A stretch of DNA of 64,000 nt from Antedon mediterranea (lineage: Eukaryota; Animalia; Echinodermata): contig NC_092673.1 of NCBI RefSeq assembly GCF_964355755.1, forward strand, positions 13,302,948 through 13,366,947. Direction: 5' to 3'. The notes under the pieces were generated by a model, which searched no databases, was not told where the DNA came from, and saw only the letters and a list, made by a program, of their open reading frames with translations. Each line of letters begins with the position of its first letter. Position 1 is the stretch's first letter. Below are positions 50,773-64,000 of the stretch, in pieces. The position numbers and the translations under genes were made by a program.

Positions 50773-53210
50773 GGGGCCGTCCAAAAACTAATTTTCCGCG
50801 AGTTCCGCGATTTTACCTTCATAGTTCATTGAACCTCGTTTCCGCGGAACGCAATTGATGAATATTCATATCAACAATCAAAATGTTGCCGCCCACATAT
50901 CGCGAGTTCCGCGGGTAGCCTAATAAATAGATGAGATCATAGTACAGAATAGCACGTTTTAGGCCTAGCTAGGTTGGCCGACTACGACTACAGTAGGCTA
51001 GTACTACTAGGCCTAGTGTCCTACTTAAACTACTCTGATAGAACGGAGAAAATGATACCAAAAAAACAATTTGTTTGTAGGCCCTACAACTATTCATACA
51101 CAGGGTTTCAACCACGGTAAAATTCAAGCCAATGACATTATGTAGTAGAATATAAATTATTTATATTCCGAGTTTCGATTTCTAAAGCTTTTTTTTACCG
51201 TATTTTCCGGAGTATAGGTCGAGACTTTGTGGGAAAATTTTAATTGCAAAATCGGGGGGTCGACTTATACTCCGACCATGCGATTTTTGAAAAAAATCAG
51301 GCCGAAAAAATATGTTCAAAAGCCGTCAGCTGTCAAGGCCCAGCAAGGTCAGTGGCCTATCATCAATCATTCACAAAAGTTTTCAATTTAATACCTACAT
51401 TGTACAAAATAATACAACTCCAACAAGTACTGGTCAATAAAATATTAATATATCACAATGACTCATTTTGATGTTAATATTACGCTTTTAAGATAATTAA
51501 GAATAAATAGTTTTCTTTATGCTTCTTATTCACTCTCGCGAAAACATCGTAACACACACCACAGACGTCGGAATGTTCATGCAGCATGTTTGTTATTGCG
51601 CGATATTTTCATCTATACACATGCGCAGTTTGTTTGTTTGTTCGTAATTACAATTACTGCGCATGTCTATTCATAAAATAAATTCTCCTTAGTCGGGCGC
51701 GTGTACATTTACAGATAACGCGATTTACAACTACTCGCCTGTACAATTAATAAGCATCCTAACGCAAAACTCGTTTTAATTTATTCGAGTGACGCGAAAA
51801 ACATCGCTGATGGCAAGTAACGCTACATCGCTGTCATTTATTATAGGCTGGTGAAGACGGCGGCGAAGTCGTCGTCATTACGTCCGTCCGATATTGATTA
51901 GGCCTACACTTTAATAATATAAACAAATAACCACATTTCATACATTTCTAGCCCTCTTTGAACTTTAAAGTAAGTTGTGTTATTAGCCGATTTTGGGGGT
52001 CGACTTATATTCAGGTCATACCAAAATCAACGATATTCTAGGCCAAAGTTGGGGGTCGACTTATACTTGGGGTCGACCTATACTCCGGAAAATACGGTAA
52101 TATAAAATTCAAAACACGGACGGACGCCGACCCCTCTCTCTCTCTGTTAGTTTAGAATTAATTCTGCACATGTATTGTGGACTATACCATTTCTTTGAGG
52201 TCGGTAAAAACGCGTTCGTTAATTTAGTGTACGACGTTGTTAAACACGATTTTTCGATGATCTGTCGGCTGGATTATTGAGGTGGGTGCGATAAAATATA
52301 AATATAATATACTTCCAACGATCTTCGGATTGAGGTGCGTGTTTAACTTTGTTACTAAAAGTGGACACCCCTAATTTTAGACGTATAATGGACTGCACCA
52401 TGTAGGAACGCACATGGTATTTTCTTATCAGAGGGTGCGTGTACGTCAAAAGGAATTGTTTTTCCAACGATCCTTCTAGATCTTTCGTGCGTGGAGGATG
52501 TATGTACACGACGCCGTGTGAAATTTCTTATCAGAGGGTGCGTGTGCGTCAAATGGAATTGTTTTCCCAATGAATTGAATTGCATGTGTTCTCGATCGGA
52601 TCGGCGGTGGGAGGATAGGCTAGGAGAGCGCGTGTAATCTGGGCCTACCTAGAGCGGCGTGGCAATGTGGCGACACAAATGGAGGCCTCTGCAAGCAAGG
52701 GAAATCCCCTTGCAACGAAGTCTGGCGATGTTTGCGTCTCGTCCGAGTCGTTGTGTAAACAAATCTTCTTAACATTATTTTCTATCTACTTCAGTGGTTT
52801 TTATTGTGGTAAAACTCGGGAAGGGCACTCACATTTCATTTATTATTATCTATATATTTATTATTTATTAATAACAAAAACAAGATCAGACACACGAATG
52901 GATATAATAATTGTAAACAATATTGAAATATAATTTGTTCTTCTGTAAAAATCAATTACCGTAATACCTGGCTGGCAAAGCGTTATTAATACAAACGAGC
53001 ACTATATTCTCTAGTATCGGCAATACTGCCGCGAGTTCCGCGATATTGTAAGGCTTCCGCGAGTCTCGCGATATTAATTAATATTCATGAGTTCCGTGAG
53101 AAAATCAAGCTTGAATGATTTTGCCTCATTACCGCAAGAGACGTTCACTTTCATGGTTGAGTAAGTAATAGTGTTTGTTATCGCGGAACTCGCGGAAAAT
53201 TAGTTTTTGA
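50773..53210. mobile_element. Non-autonomous DNA transposon hosting a pogo-type MITE
   Basis: 28-bp inverted repeat AAAAACTAATTTTCCGCGAGTTCCGCGA near both ends; internal CGCGAGTTCCGCG motifs; right terminus degenerate. Confidence 0.65.
51198..52097 (+). mobile_element. Tc1/mariner-pogo MITE (copy A)
   Basis: TIR CCGTATTTTCCGGAGTATAGGTCGA; TA TSD. Confidence 0.9.
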
Positions 53211-55339
53211 TGATGCAATTATGTCTGTGATTGAAAATACTATTACTAGGCCTAGGAGGCCTAGTTTAGTATGGTAGGCTTACTACCGGGAGTACAGTAC
53301 TACTATTCTAGGCCTAGTTTGCTTTCAGGGTTTGTTTATATATATTTTTAAGTCATATTTATTAAGTATTTGAGAAAACTCATTAAAAAAAACAAGGTAG
53401 AAAAGACAATATCTTTCAAAACATGATCGTCGCTGGTGGTACGCACCACGTTGTAGAGTTCATCCATTGAGTACACACAGTTTGCTAGGCCAAATAATAA
53501 CATAAAGGTTTTACCATTCCCCGTCGGGGAGGAAAACATTTATATAGTATTACAACACCAGTATTGACATGCATGTATTTAGCGCGGTAACTAATGTACA
53601 CCCCTGTTACGGACTGGACCATTAATCGCTGAAAAAAACCACGTTGGAGCGATCCTCCGCACACAGCCAGAGCGAGAGAGAAGCGAGGTCGAATAAATAC
53701 AAGTTTTTACCATTTCCCGTCCAGGGGAAATCAGTTCTCTTATAATTACAGCCCTGATACCGTGCGCATATGTTTACGTTGATATTATTTAATTGCACAC
53801 CTAATTTTGGACTGTACCATTTTCGGAACCTTGTTTTGTTTTCATTATAAACATGGGCTGATGTCAGACAAATATCTGTTTCAAACGTCAATTTAGCAAC
53901 TTATTAAGTCGTTTCATAAGCAGAGAATTTATAAAGCAAGTATACAATGCAGACTAGACATGTTAGATAGAAATATACTAAAAGTTATTTAATAAGAAGA
54001 ACGTAATAATTTGACTTTCTACACCGAGCGGCGGAAAACCCATTCACAGTCACAGTTATTTGAGCGAATACTGTACTTGGCCTAAAACACTCCTAGCTCT
54101 GTATTTTAATACGACGTGAACTCTAAACAAAAACCCGATGAAAAACAATTTACATGAATTCTATAAACTTTCTTATTTATTGTTTGCCTAACAATAGCGA
54201 AAAAATAAACTTTGTTACATACAGTAACGGGCGGGTTCAGATTACATATATGATGGTAGGCCTAAACAATAGAAACAAAACAAACTGATACCCACGTGTG
54301 TGTTGTCGCGGGCGTCGTACCGGGAGTTCCATATTTTACCAGTAAAAAGCTACAAAGTGATGACGTCATGGTCCACACGGCAAATACAGGCACGCGGCAA
54401 TTACACATATATTACACGCGCGACAAACGCGGGTTATGGTACATGATTTGTAGTCAGTACTGTAAATCACTGAGAATCTGTTAGAATGAGAAGAAGTCTT
54501 CCCAATCAGAATTCAGACCCGGAACCTTCTGCTTCATATGTAGATGTCTTAATCATTAGACCACTGGGGCTTTCACAGTATTGTTCAAATTTGATTGGAT
54601 AGCGACACTTTAACACAGCACTAGTCCCTCTTTCCGCCTCTCCCCTCCCCACCCCCTCTCTCTCTATATATATTTTTGAAACCTTATACAGTATGATTTT
54701 TTTATCATTATATTATCACAGAAGATTCCTAAGAGCAAGGTCAAAGTTGACAGGGTCTGAGCATCAGACGTACACACCAATAAAGTATAATTCGGGTATG
54801 CAAACGGATGGCAGCAGTTGCGGTATTTTCATACTTATGGTAAAGTCAATACAATGTTCCTAATTTAGATATAATTAACATCAATAAAAATACAATACAT
54901 ACATGGCATCTGTACGACCAAGGGTTCTGCGACAGCACCATTGTCCTGCCTACAGGATTTACATAAAAGAATGGCTCATGCAGAATTCAACAACAAACAA
55001 ACATGAAATGTGCGACTTGCCATTTTGTACTAGACCTTTAGGTAGCAACGTAAAATGGGTGCAGTGTGACAATTGCCAACGATGGATGCATTTTGATTGC
55101 TGTAAGGTAACATCCGTAAAGGATGATTATGTATGTGTCATGTGCAGTGAAAATGTGTAATTGCATTTGCACTGACAATTAATATAAATCTGTTTACTTA
55201 ATTCAGAGGTTTTTTTTTTATTTTACCATAACAAAATTAAACGTTATAAAAAACATGTTGGAAAGGGTTTGCCTGAGAGATGAAAGAAAAAGATTTGTAA
55301 TACCAGATTACAGTAGTACAGTATGAAAATAAGTAACAC

Positions 55340-55814
55340 TAACAAATGAAATCGCAGAAATGCTAAACAAGGAATCTGTGAAGTTAAACAACAAACAAAA
55401 CGATGCATTTTGCACTATTCTCGATGAGTCTAATGTTCGTTGAACTTTCCAGACGCATCTCCAGAAAACTACTTTTTGAACAACAACTGCAGGCAGTAGC
55501 GTTACAAAACAAGAAAGGAATAAGATGGCACCCAGCTATAATGCACTTATGCATGGCCCTACACACCAAATCTTCTGCCGCTTACCAATTGTTAAAGAAG
55601 TCTGAGATGCTTGTTACCACACATAAATACTAGCAGGTACAAGCACTTTACAGATGCTGTACCTGGTATAAATCTAGATATTTTAAAGCACGTGGCAGCA
55701 GAGATGAAGATTCATTCTCAAAAAGATTATGAAAAGAATGTTGTTTTTGCTATCGATGAAATGAACATCAAGAGCGGGATGTTTTATAATAACAAAACCG
55801 GAAAAATCAAATAA
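55340..55814 (+). pseudogene. P-element/THAP9-type transposase fragment
   Basis: GIRWHPAIMHLCMALHTKSSAAYQLLKK; PGINLDIL; VVFAIDEMNIKSGMFYN (first catalytic D region); truncated. Confidence 0.8.
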
Positions 55815-55958
55815 TTTTACACTTGTATCGTAGGCCTAAAAAAACACGTCTTTATTAAACCCATTTATCCATCATGATTGTCTGGAGAAATTAATAACAT
55901 AAAAACACAGTAAAACCGTATAAATATAATTCATTCGGTGCAATATAAAATAATAAAT

Positions 55959-57181
55959 CAGGGATGTCACCAGCTTTTTGGAGTGCTGGGGGGGGGAGGG
56001 TGAGATACACCCCGGGGGTATACCCCCCGGGGGTATACCCCCCGGGGGTATTCGTTATTTTAGCGAAACATAAAGAATTATGAAAATAAATAACAACAAA
56101 TTGCGTCAGGTCTAGGCCTAACCTTGTACCACCGGGGAGTCGCCGTTAATATTCGCGAAAACAAAAAAACGCATACGAAATGAATAGCAATAGATCGCGT
56201 CAGGCTTAGGCCTAGCCTTGGTAGACACTACGACCACTACTAGGCCTAGCCAAGGCTTAGATAGATGGCCCAAAATCTGAATTCCACAAAAACAGGCGCT
56301 TCCTTATTTAGGCCTAATCCCTAATCAAATACTGTAGATAAATTATTAGCCTAGACCTTAATACTACTTGTTGCTCGATATAATGTTCGTGTTCTTTTGC
56401 GCGAGAGTTTTTTAGCGTATTCGCGAATTCCGGACTTTTTGTTTCACAACTGTGCGGCAAGCATGTAGTGCATGGCCGGCAAGCATGTAGTGCATGGCCG
56501 GCAAGAACAGACACGTGTTTATGGGTTAACTGAAGTTCAGCAACCTGAAGTTATCCAGGGACGTGTAATTATTGTACCACGAACGAACGGGAATCCGAAC
56601 GAACTTGCCCGGTCTCACTGAACCATGCGCATGTTTTTTTATTTTTTTTAATAGTTCGTAGAGTACAAAAATGTAAAACTAGTAACATAATATAATTAAA
56701 GAAGGGTGACAAAACATTCAGCAATTAAAAATTATTTTGTTTGGGTCTATGTAGTTGTACATTTTTAATTACTGCGTACTTGTTTGTATTTTTAATCTGT
56801 GCAAAATAAAACGCTTGAATGGTCGCTATGTGAACTTTAAACTTGTACACTGTGCTGTGTAGCACGTTGTTCGCCATGACTCACAAGCTGTAACAATGAA
56901 TACCAGGGCAGGGTAGGCCTGGTATTGTGTTACAAATAAAATAACGTACGTAACCACGGAAACATTTGCTGTAGTCTTTTGTCTTATCTATATGAGGCTA
57001 GCTTGTCTGTTATTAACGATGTGCTAGGTAAAATGTTTTAGTACGAATTTTAGTTAGGCCTAGGCCTAATATAAATATCGTAATGATTAATATAATAATA
57101 ATAGTGGTGGTCGGCAGCCTGTAAATCCTGGTCGGAAATGTTGAGTGCTGGTCGGGGCCGACCAGCGTGGTGACATCCCTG
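55959..57181. mobile_element. hAT-like MITE with 6-bp TSD
   Basis: TIR CAGGGATGTCACCA; ATAAAT on both sides; internal (CCCGGGGGTATACCC)n palindromic repeats. Confidence 0.75.
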
Positions 57182-57279
57182 ATAAATTTTTCCAGTAGAA
57201 TAGCGCTGCATATAAAATACAAGTTCAGTCTAGTACACACAGTATAGTACAACTTTCACGCTTGAACACAAATCGCCTA

Positions 57280-58330
57280 CATTGGCGGATCTAGGGAAGG
57301 GGGTGAAGGGGGTGAATAGGGTGGCTAGCCACCCCCCACCCCCTTCAATTCTCAAAAAAAAAAAAAAAAATGCAACCTAGCCACGATTGACCGTCGCGGA
57401 TTAATCTTTTAATTAAGAAAAGTAGGGTTAGCATTAATAGTTGTGTAAATAGGCCTAGACCTACACAGTGAAAGAGCTAAGAGTTTAATTACAATTATGA
57501 ATTCAAGAGTTTAAAAAGAAAATGTGATTTAATTTCTTCGGAAAATACCCACAACTGAGTTATTTTCAAAACACATGCACTCCTAAAACTACCAGCGTCA
57601 CGTTGTCAAGCTCGCTCCCCTCGTGTGAATGCTGACGTCATCACTCTCCAAAAACACACCATTTTCCATTGCAGTTAATTTCCACCCCCCTGGTTCGTAT
57701 GTGCAAGCGTTAGCGTGGTATATTTACACCCCTGAGTGGATTGTAATATCGGGAACTTTTTTCTCGCGCATGAAGGTTTTTTGTATAATATTATGGTATG
57801 CAGTATAAACGATAAAAATAAACGAGAAACATGGTGTTCTTTTATTATTTTATAGGCATAAAATAAACATGAAATGTCAATTGTATGTACACGGGACGGC
57901 CGAAAAAAGTATGTGGCGTATTTGGCGTTTTTTGATTTGTGTTATAGACACGGCGATTACTGCAATCATTGTATATACCAAATTACATTGAGTTATTCAC
58001 CCGGCTGTAGGGTATAACTATATCGAGGCATTTTCGGAGTACCGCATTACCAAATGTCCATTTTGTTTGAAGGTTTTTCAATCAAAGTTTATTATTAGTT
58101 CGTCGAAAAAGATCCGTACAGTATTTAGGAAGGATTTATTTAAATCTACATTATGTAATATTTGTTATTAAGTGTGATGGAAACAGTTTCTCTAGCCTAT
58201 TAAACAGTGTGTAAGCATCTATTTTTTCAACAATTTTCAGAGCCTCGGGAGGGGACACCCCCTCCTAAACCCTCCTCCGCTCGGTGCTACGCACCTCGTT
58301 TGCCACTTTCGTGGCCACCCGCCTCGCTTG
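57280..58330 (+). mobile_element. Degenerate MITE beginning CATTGGCGGATCTAGGG
   Basis: G-rich left end and CCTCGGGAGGGGACACCCCCTCC internal motif; no right TIR found. Confidence 0.4.
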
Positions 58331-58607
58331 ACATACGAACTATTGCCTACATGATTTTAAAATTATGTGATTATTGACATAGAGATGTAATAAAATAAAC
58401 CACCGTGATCAAGGGAAATAGTTATTGTGTAATTAAAATGTGACACCACCGTAATTAATGGACTCTTCCATAAATGTTTTGTGCTGTGATGCTGCATGCT
58501 GCTAGAGCCTAGAATATACACCCGTGAGTTCCGAGAGTACTTGGCCTGGGTAGAATATCTCATGCAAGTACTGTAAATATTAATTAATACCGTCGAGGAT
58601 GACCTTA

Positions 58608-59503
58608 CCGTATTTTCCGGATTATAGGTCGAGACTTTGTGGGAAAATTTTAATTGCAAAATCAAGGGGGGGGGGGGTCGACATGCAATTTTTTTTTTTA
58701 AATCAGGCTGAAAAAATGTGTTCAAAAGCCGTCAGCTGTCAAGACCTAGCAAGGTCAGTGGCCTAGAATCATCAATCACTCACAGAAGTTTTCAATACCT
58801 ACATTGTACAAAATAATACTCCAACAAGTACTGGTCAATAAAATATTAATATATCACAAGACTAATTTGGATGTTAATATTACGCTTTTAAGATAATTAA
58901 GAATAAATAGTTTTCGTTTGTGTTTTATATGCTTCTTATTCACTCGCGAAAACATCGTAACACAGTCACACCACAAAACGAACTACACGACGTCGGAATG
59001 TCCATGCAGCATGTTTGTTATTGCGCGATATTTTCATCTAAACACATGCGCGGTTTGTTATATTCATAAAATAATTATTTGGCCGCGTGTACATTTACAG
59101 ATAACGTGATTTACTCGCCTCGCCTGTACAATTGAATAAGCCTCCTAACGGAAAACTCGTTTTAATTTATTCGAGTGACACGAAAAAACATCGCTGATGG
59201 CAAGTAACGCTACATCGCTGTCATTTGTTATAGGTTGGCGAAGATGGCGGCGAAGTCGTTGTGGTTTACATAAATAATAATAATAATAGATTGTCTTATA
59301 AATATTATTGATTACACTTTAATAATATAAACAAAGTCACATTTCATACATTTCTAGCCCGCTTTGAACTTTAAAGTAATTTGTGTTATTAGCTGATTTT
59401 GGGGGTCGACTTATATTCAGGTCATACCAAAATCAACGATATTCTAGGGAAAAGTTAGGGGTCGACTTATACTTGGGGTCGATCTATACTCCGGAAAATA
59501 TGG
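58608..59503 (+). mobile_element. Tc1/mariner-pogo MITE (copy B, same family as 51198-52097)
   Basis: Same TIRs, TA TSD, colinear interior. Confidence 0.9.
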
Positions 59504-59965
59504 TAATTAAAAATTCAATAAACTTGTTACCACAATGTGGTGATCAACCGCGATTAGACAGGACTTCAGTAGCTACAGTAGGTCTAGTACACTATTTTTT
59601 AGGCTAGGTAGGCCTCCTACTAGCTAGTTATTACTGTACACTGTTAACTACAGTAGCTTTTTAAGGGTGCGTGAGGAAGTTACCTGTGTATAAGATGCAA
59701 CCAAATTTAGAGGTCAAATTTGCATGTCAAAAGTGCGTCTTATACACCGAAATATACGGTAATTGGGTTACGTAATGGCAGTGTTTATCACCTATTAAAT
59801 ACTCATTACAAGCATAGCCTTAAGGAAGTGGTAAATACGGTGAACTGACTAAACTATTCACGTTGTGTCTCCTCTTATTCTTTACTCCATGTTGTTGCAT
59901 ACAACAAAATAACCAATTATGGTAATATAGGTTGAAACGTGCTAAAAATAAAGTTTAAAAATTAA

Positions 59966-60446
59966 AGATGTATTGTCCCTTGAAACACAAAAAATGAAGG
60001 TCAAAATATTTTTAATTTAAATTGGCCATGTCAAAGTAATATTAAAGTTATTCTCTTTAAGTCTAAAATTTGAGCCAAAAACAAGTTTACGTAATTAACA
60101 GGTAAATTAATTTGATTACATTTCATCTGGAAAATAAACAAAGATTTCAAACCACGAGTATGCATTATGATGCTAATTAGGATTGTTTACAACTCATCAC
60201 GGTTGACAAGGTTTTTTCACACAGATCGTTATGCTTATGCATACAGAGTAGCCAAACAAGCGCGTCGATTATGAGATATGTTTTGATTGAAAACTTTGAC
60301 TTTTTAACAAAAAAACGTCCGAATTTCAGTTAAAAATTAAATGATTTTTTTTTCGAAAAATTTTTGGTGAGTGAAAGTTTATAACTATTATGATACTTCA
60401 AAATGACTCACTTTTTTTGGGAATTAGTCAAAGGGACAATACATCT
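59966..60446 (+). mobile_element. Kolobok-type MITE (copy 1)
   Basis: TTAA|AGATGTATTGTCCCTT...AAGGGACAATACATCT|TTTAA. Confidence 0.85.
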
Positions 60447-61747
60447 TTTAAAAAGTAAATAAATAGACCTAGGCCTAGGCCTAGATTAGGAGCGGTTTTA
60501 TATCCTCTAGCACCACACCATATCCATCCATTTGCTGAAACCTCTCCCGCCGTGTAGGCCCCTATATGCCTATGGAGCCTAGGCCTGGGCCTACGCTAGG
60601 CCTATTCAATCAGTTTCTTAAAAAAATATAAATTATTAGGCCTAGCCTTTCTGCTAAAAATTTCTCGTATCTAAAATCGCTCTGATAAATTTGATAAACT
60701 ATGCCCTACCTTCCTTAATCCAACCCAGAAAGTAGTAGTTAAAAGTCACAAAGTCAGTGGGTCACATTTTCCACATGGGTTCTGTTGGTTGGACTTGTGC
60801 ACACACACGCTGCTTTGCTATCCTTCCGTCCGTTGTTGCAAGTGTGGTATGTGACAGGCTGTTAGGTTGTGTCGTCTATGGGAGGCTATTTGAACCATAA
60901 TAGCAAAGAATTTAAAACACAATAATTTAAAATAAAAGTATTTGAGGTAACTTTTTTTTTTTACTACTAGGCCTACTATCACAGCACATAGTTTGAATTA
61001 CAACAATCGTCCGTCTTCGTCCATACTCACGTATAGCCACATTTTTGTTTGGTGGAGGAGGCGGGGATCTTTCAAGGATCATCTACGAATAAAATGTTAC
61101 CTTCTATTTTCAGATCAATCCACCATTCAGCAATACTGTTTAATGGGCAAATAACATATAAGTGATATGTTTACTGTAGATAAGATTATCACAGGCACTC
61201 CACACTTCTCATTTATCGGGTTTATTAGTAATCATATTTGGTCAGTCACATTAGGCTAAAATCAAAACTAAAGGTCTTTCCATTCAAGAGTTTACCCCAC
61301 TTTTGTTTAGCTATAAGCCTACAGTGAAAATCGTATTTTGTTTGGTTTTAACCAGGGAGATGTAACATCAACATAGGTAAATGTATTGGTTTTGTAGTTT
61401 TGTATGCCTACTTATTACTTGACCCAACAAAATTTAGTTTTAATTGCATAAATTCCATAGTATTGAAGTAAATTATTTCTTTTCACCTTAGAGTTGTTAT
61501 CTGAGATTAAATCAATGAACCTTATGAACTACATAACATACATACTACATAGGCTAAATATACTACATATTCATTGCATCCAACAAATCTTAACTGCTTT
61601 TATGGAACTGAAGATATCAATCATGTTAATTCCACCATCCTAATTAGCTTATTCTTCTGATTTTTTTTCTTTTCTTTCCAAATAACATCAACATTTGGCA
61701 ACATTGTATTTCGGTTTCGATAATATTAAGGATTCTAACACAGTTAA

Positions 61748-62284
61748 AGATGTATTGTCCCTTTGACTAATTCCAAAAAAAAAATAAAAAATAAAAGATT
61801 TCGAAAAAAGTGGGTCATTTTGAAGTATCATAATAGTTATTAACTTTCACCAAAAATTATTCGAAAATTATTTAACTGAAATACAGACTTTTTTTTTGTT
61901 CAAAAATAACTATGACTTCCACCCAAAGTTTTCGATCAAAACATATCTATAATGCAATGCGCTTGTTTGGCTACTCTGTATGGATAATCATAAAACTACC
62001 TCGCGATCTGTGTGAAAACACCTTCTCAACCGTGACGAGTTGTAAACAATCTTAATTAGCATAATGCATACTCGTGGTTTGAAATCTTTTACTTTCTTTC
62101 GCGACGATTTTCCAGACGAAATGTAATCAAATTAATTTACCTGTTAATTACGTAAACTTGTTGTTTTTGACTCGAATTTTCGACTTAAAGTGAATAACTT
62201 TAGGCCTAATTTTACTTTGATATGGCCAATTTAAATTTAGAATATTTTTACCTCTTTTTTTGTGTTTCAAGGGACAATACATCT
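61748..62284 (-). mobile_element. Kolobok-type MITE (copy 2, inverted relative to copy 1)
   Basis: TTAA|AGATGTATTGTCCCTT...AAGGGACAATACATCT|TTAA; interior is the reverse complement of copy 1. Confidence 0.88.
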
Positions 62285-63059
62285 TTAATCTTTCAAACAC
62301 AGTAATACTTCTTTATTTGTTCTAAACATATTGATTGTAGACCTAATGTTAACCGTAATCTCTTCAATATTATTTTAGCCATTTTTTCTCGAGAACTTTT
62401 TTAATCCAATCAATTCTTCTTTGGACAGACTAATTGATATGGTTACAATTTACTGCACAAACACTGGTGTTGATGGTGACTATGGTGTATGGAAAGATCT
62501 TGTTGAATTCATCAACAATTCGAAGTGATAATCACGGAAATAATCATCCCTATTATTTACATTTATTCGTTCCTAAGGCCAAATAAAATACAAAAACACG
62601 TACATTACTGATTATATCAATATTGAAGAAGACAGTCGAACAAATTGGGCTATCAGGCCTAAAACACAATAGGCATAAAAATTGATTTTTGTAAAATTAG
62701 GTAATAAAGTAATAACGTTATTCATTCAAGCGTATTTCAGTTCTAGTAATAACGATTTGGTTAAAGAATTTCTTTTGGCATATTTTTAGGTAACACAGTA
62801 TAAAAAGGGGCCTCTAATTAAACATCAAAATGACCAAAGATAAATAAGATACAACATTAAAATATTAAAGCTCAGGTACAGACATGAATTTTAAATATAA
62901 TATTTGGTTAGGGCCTAATTGTACATAAATCAAATATTTGTAACAGAAATCAAGACGAAAAAATATTAATTTCTCTTGATATGGTCAAATACACAATTTA
63001 GCAAAATTCTTCCATAAAAACCAGGAAGACTTTTTTTTAGTAGTTAGGTAGTTAACCTA

Positions 63060-63238
63060 ATAAAGGGTGTGGTAAAAAATGTTATCAGATAACTAAATAT
63101 AGGTAATATAACTTGAATATTACATTTCTGATATCTGTAAATAAAAATCTGAAGTTGAATAAAAATATCAGAAATGTAATATTCAAGTTATGTTACCTAT
63201 ATTAGTCATCTGATAACATTTTTTACCACACCGTTTAT
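63060..63238. repeat. Inverted repeat/hairpin with ~75-bp arms
   Basis: GGTGTGGTAAAAAATGTTATCAGAT...TATTACATTTCTGATAT paired with its reverse complement; ~30-bp loop. Confidence 0.85.
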
Positions 63239-64000
63239 TTTTCATAGCTTTTTAAAATGCCTCTTTATTTACAAGAATAGAGATTTTACTGTGTAATTTG
63301 AACTATTCCCCCCGTGATAAGAAAGTACTTATTTTCAACAAGCTCGTGTAACACAAATAAAATCTCAAAAATTATGAAACATAGGGGAAACTATAGCCTA
63401 ATAGGTCGATAATTATTGGAATGATCAATAGATATTTTTTGCCCGCACGTGGCCTTTAAAGTCGTAACTTACATTAGAATAAGGAAGAAAATATATCAAA
63501 CAAATTTTATTTTTTGTTGTACTGCTGTAATAATTACAATGAATTGGCTAAATCTATGGTTTTATTTACGAGTTAAATAAATTTGAATCAGCAGCCAATA
63601 AACGAAATAAATCAAAATACAGTAGTCGTTTTCTCTACATGTTCTCGAAATCCTTATTGAGAAATGTTGGCAACAATTAAGAAGAGATAAAAAAAATGTG
63701 AAGAGCACGTAAGTTCAAGAAAAGGCATAAACAGTGTTTTAAGAAAGTTTTGAAGAAGAGAACATAATTACTTAATGCTGCAAGCATTAAGTAGGTATAA
63801 CGTTGTTATATTTAAGATTAAGCTTAATGCTGTTTAGCCTAAAGCATGTTTCATCAAGCTATACTTGAGCTAATACTCAAATTTCAGGATGAAAAGAAAT
63901 GAAGAGTTACAGTGTTCAAATACCATGGATAACAGATGAAAACGCAATTTAAGTCACACTTGCGGGAAATTTAGCTTCTAGATAATCGACTACCATTTCT

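Larger units (their letters stand above)
49665..55160 (+). pseudogene. Ulp1/SENP-like protease + PHD finger gene remnant, interrupted by insertions
   Basis: VIHAYLNLLK (~50230); GMQTDGSSCGIFILM (~54795-54839); CDLPFC...WVQCDNCQRWMHFDCC...YVCVMC (55010-55150). Confidence 0.6.

Overview
AT-rich animal genomic DNA with spliceosomal GT-AG introns. The repeat repertoire suggests a marine invertebrate (inference). I found no ordinary host gene: the window is a nested stack of transposable elements and their relics. Well-delimited elements: a near-complete 7.6-kb Kolobok transposon (38364-45967; TTAA TSD; 12-exon DDE transposase plus a convergent KolX/P2X7-ballast-like gene), a 1.8-kb Kolobok derivative that keeps only an intact KolX gene, an AcademX derivative with ~730-bp inverted arms, an APE-RT LINE carrying a 2A-like (GDVESNPGP) motif, Harbinger, Sola-like, hAT-like and Tc1/pogo MITEs, Tigger and P-element transposase fragments, and a tRNA-derived SINE. 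The most striking observation is largely invisible in the ORF track. It is a decayed reading frame at ~17.4-19.7 kb whose middle aligns by eye with the RAG1/Transib catalytic C-terminal core (AERFYQLFKLRY...LTPYMMKL...SLGRMQSEGGEHAN) and which continues into a BRCT domain and an HMG-box-like tail. All family assignments come from motifs read by eye; no searches were run.
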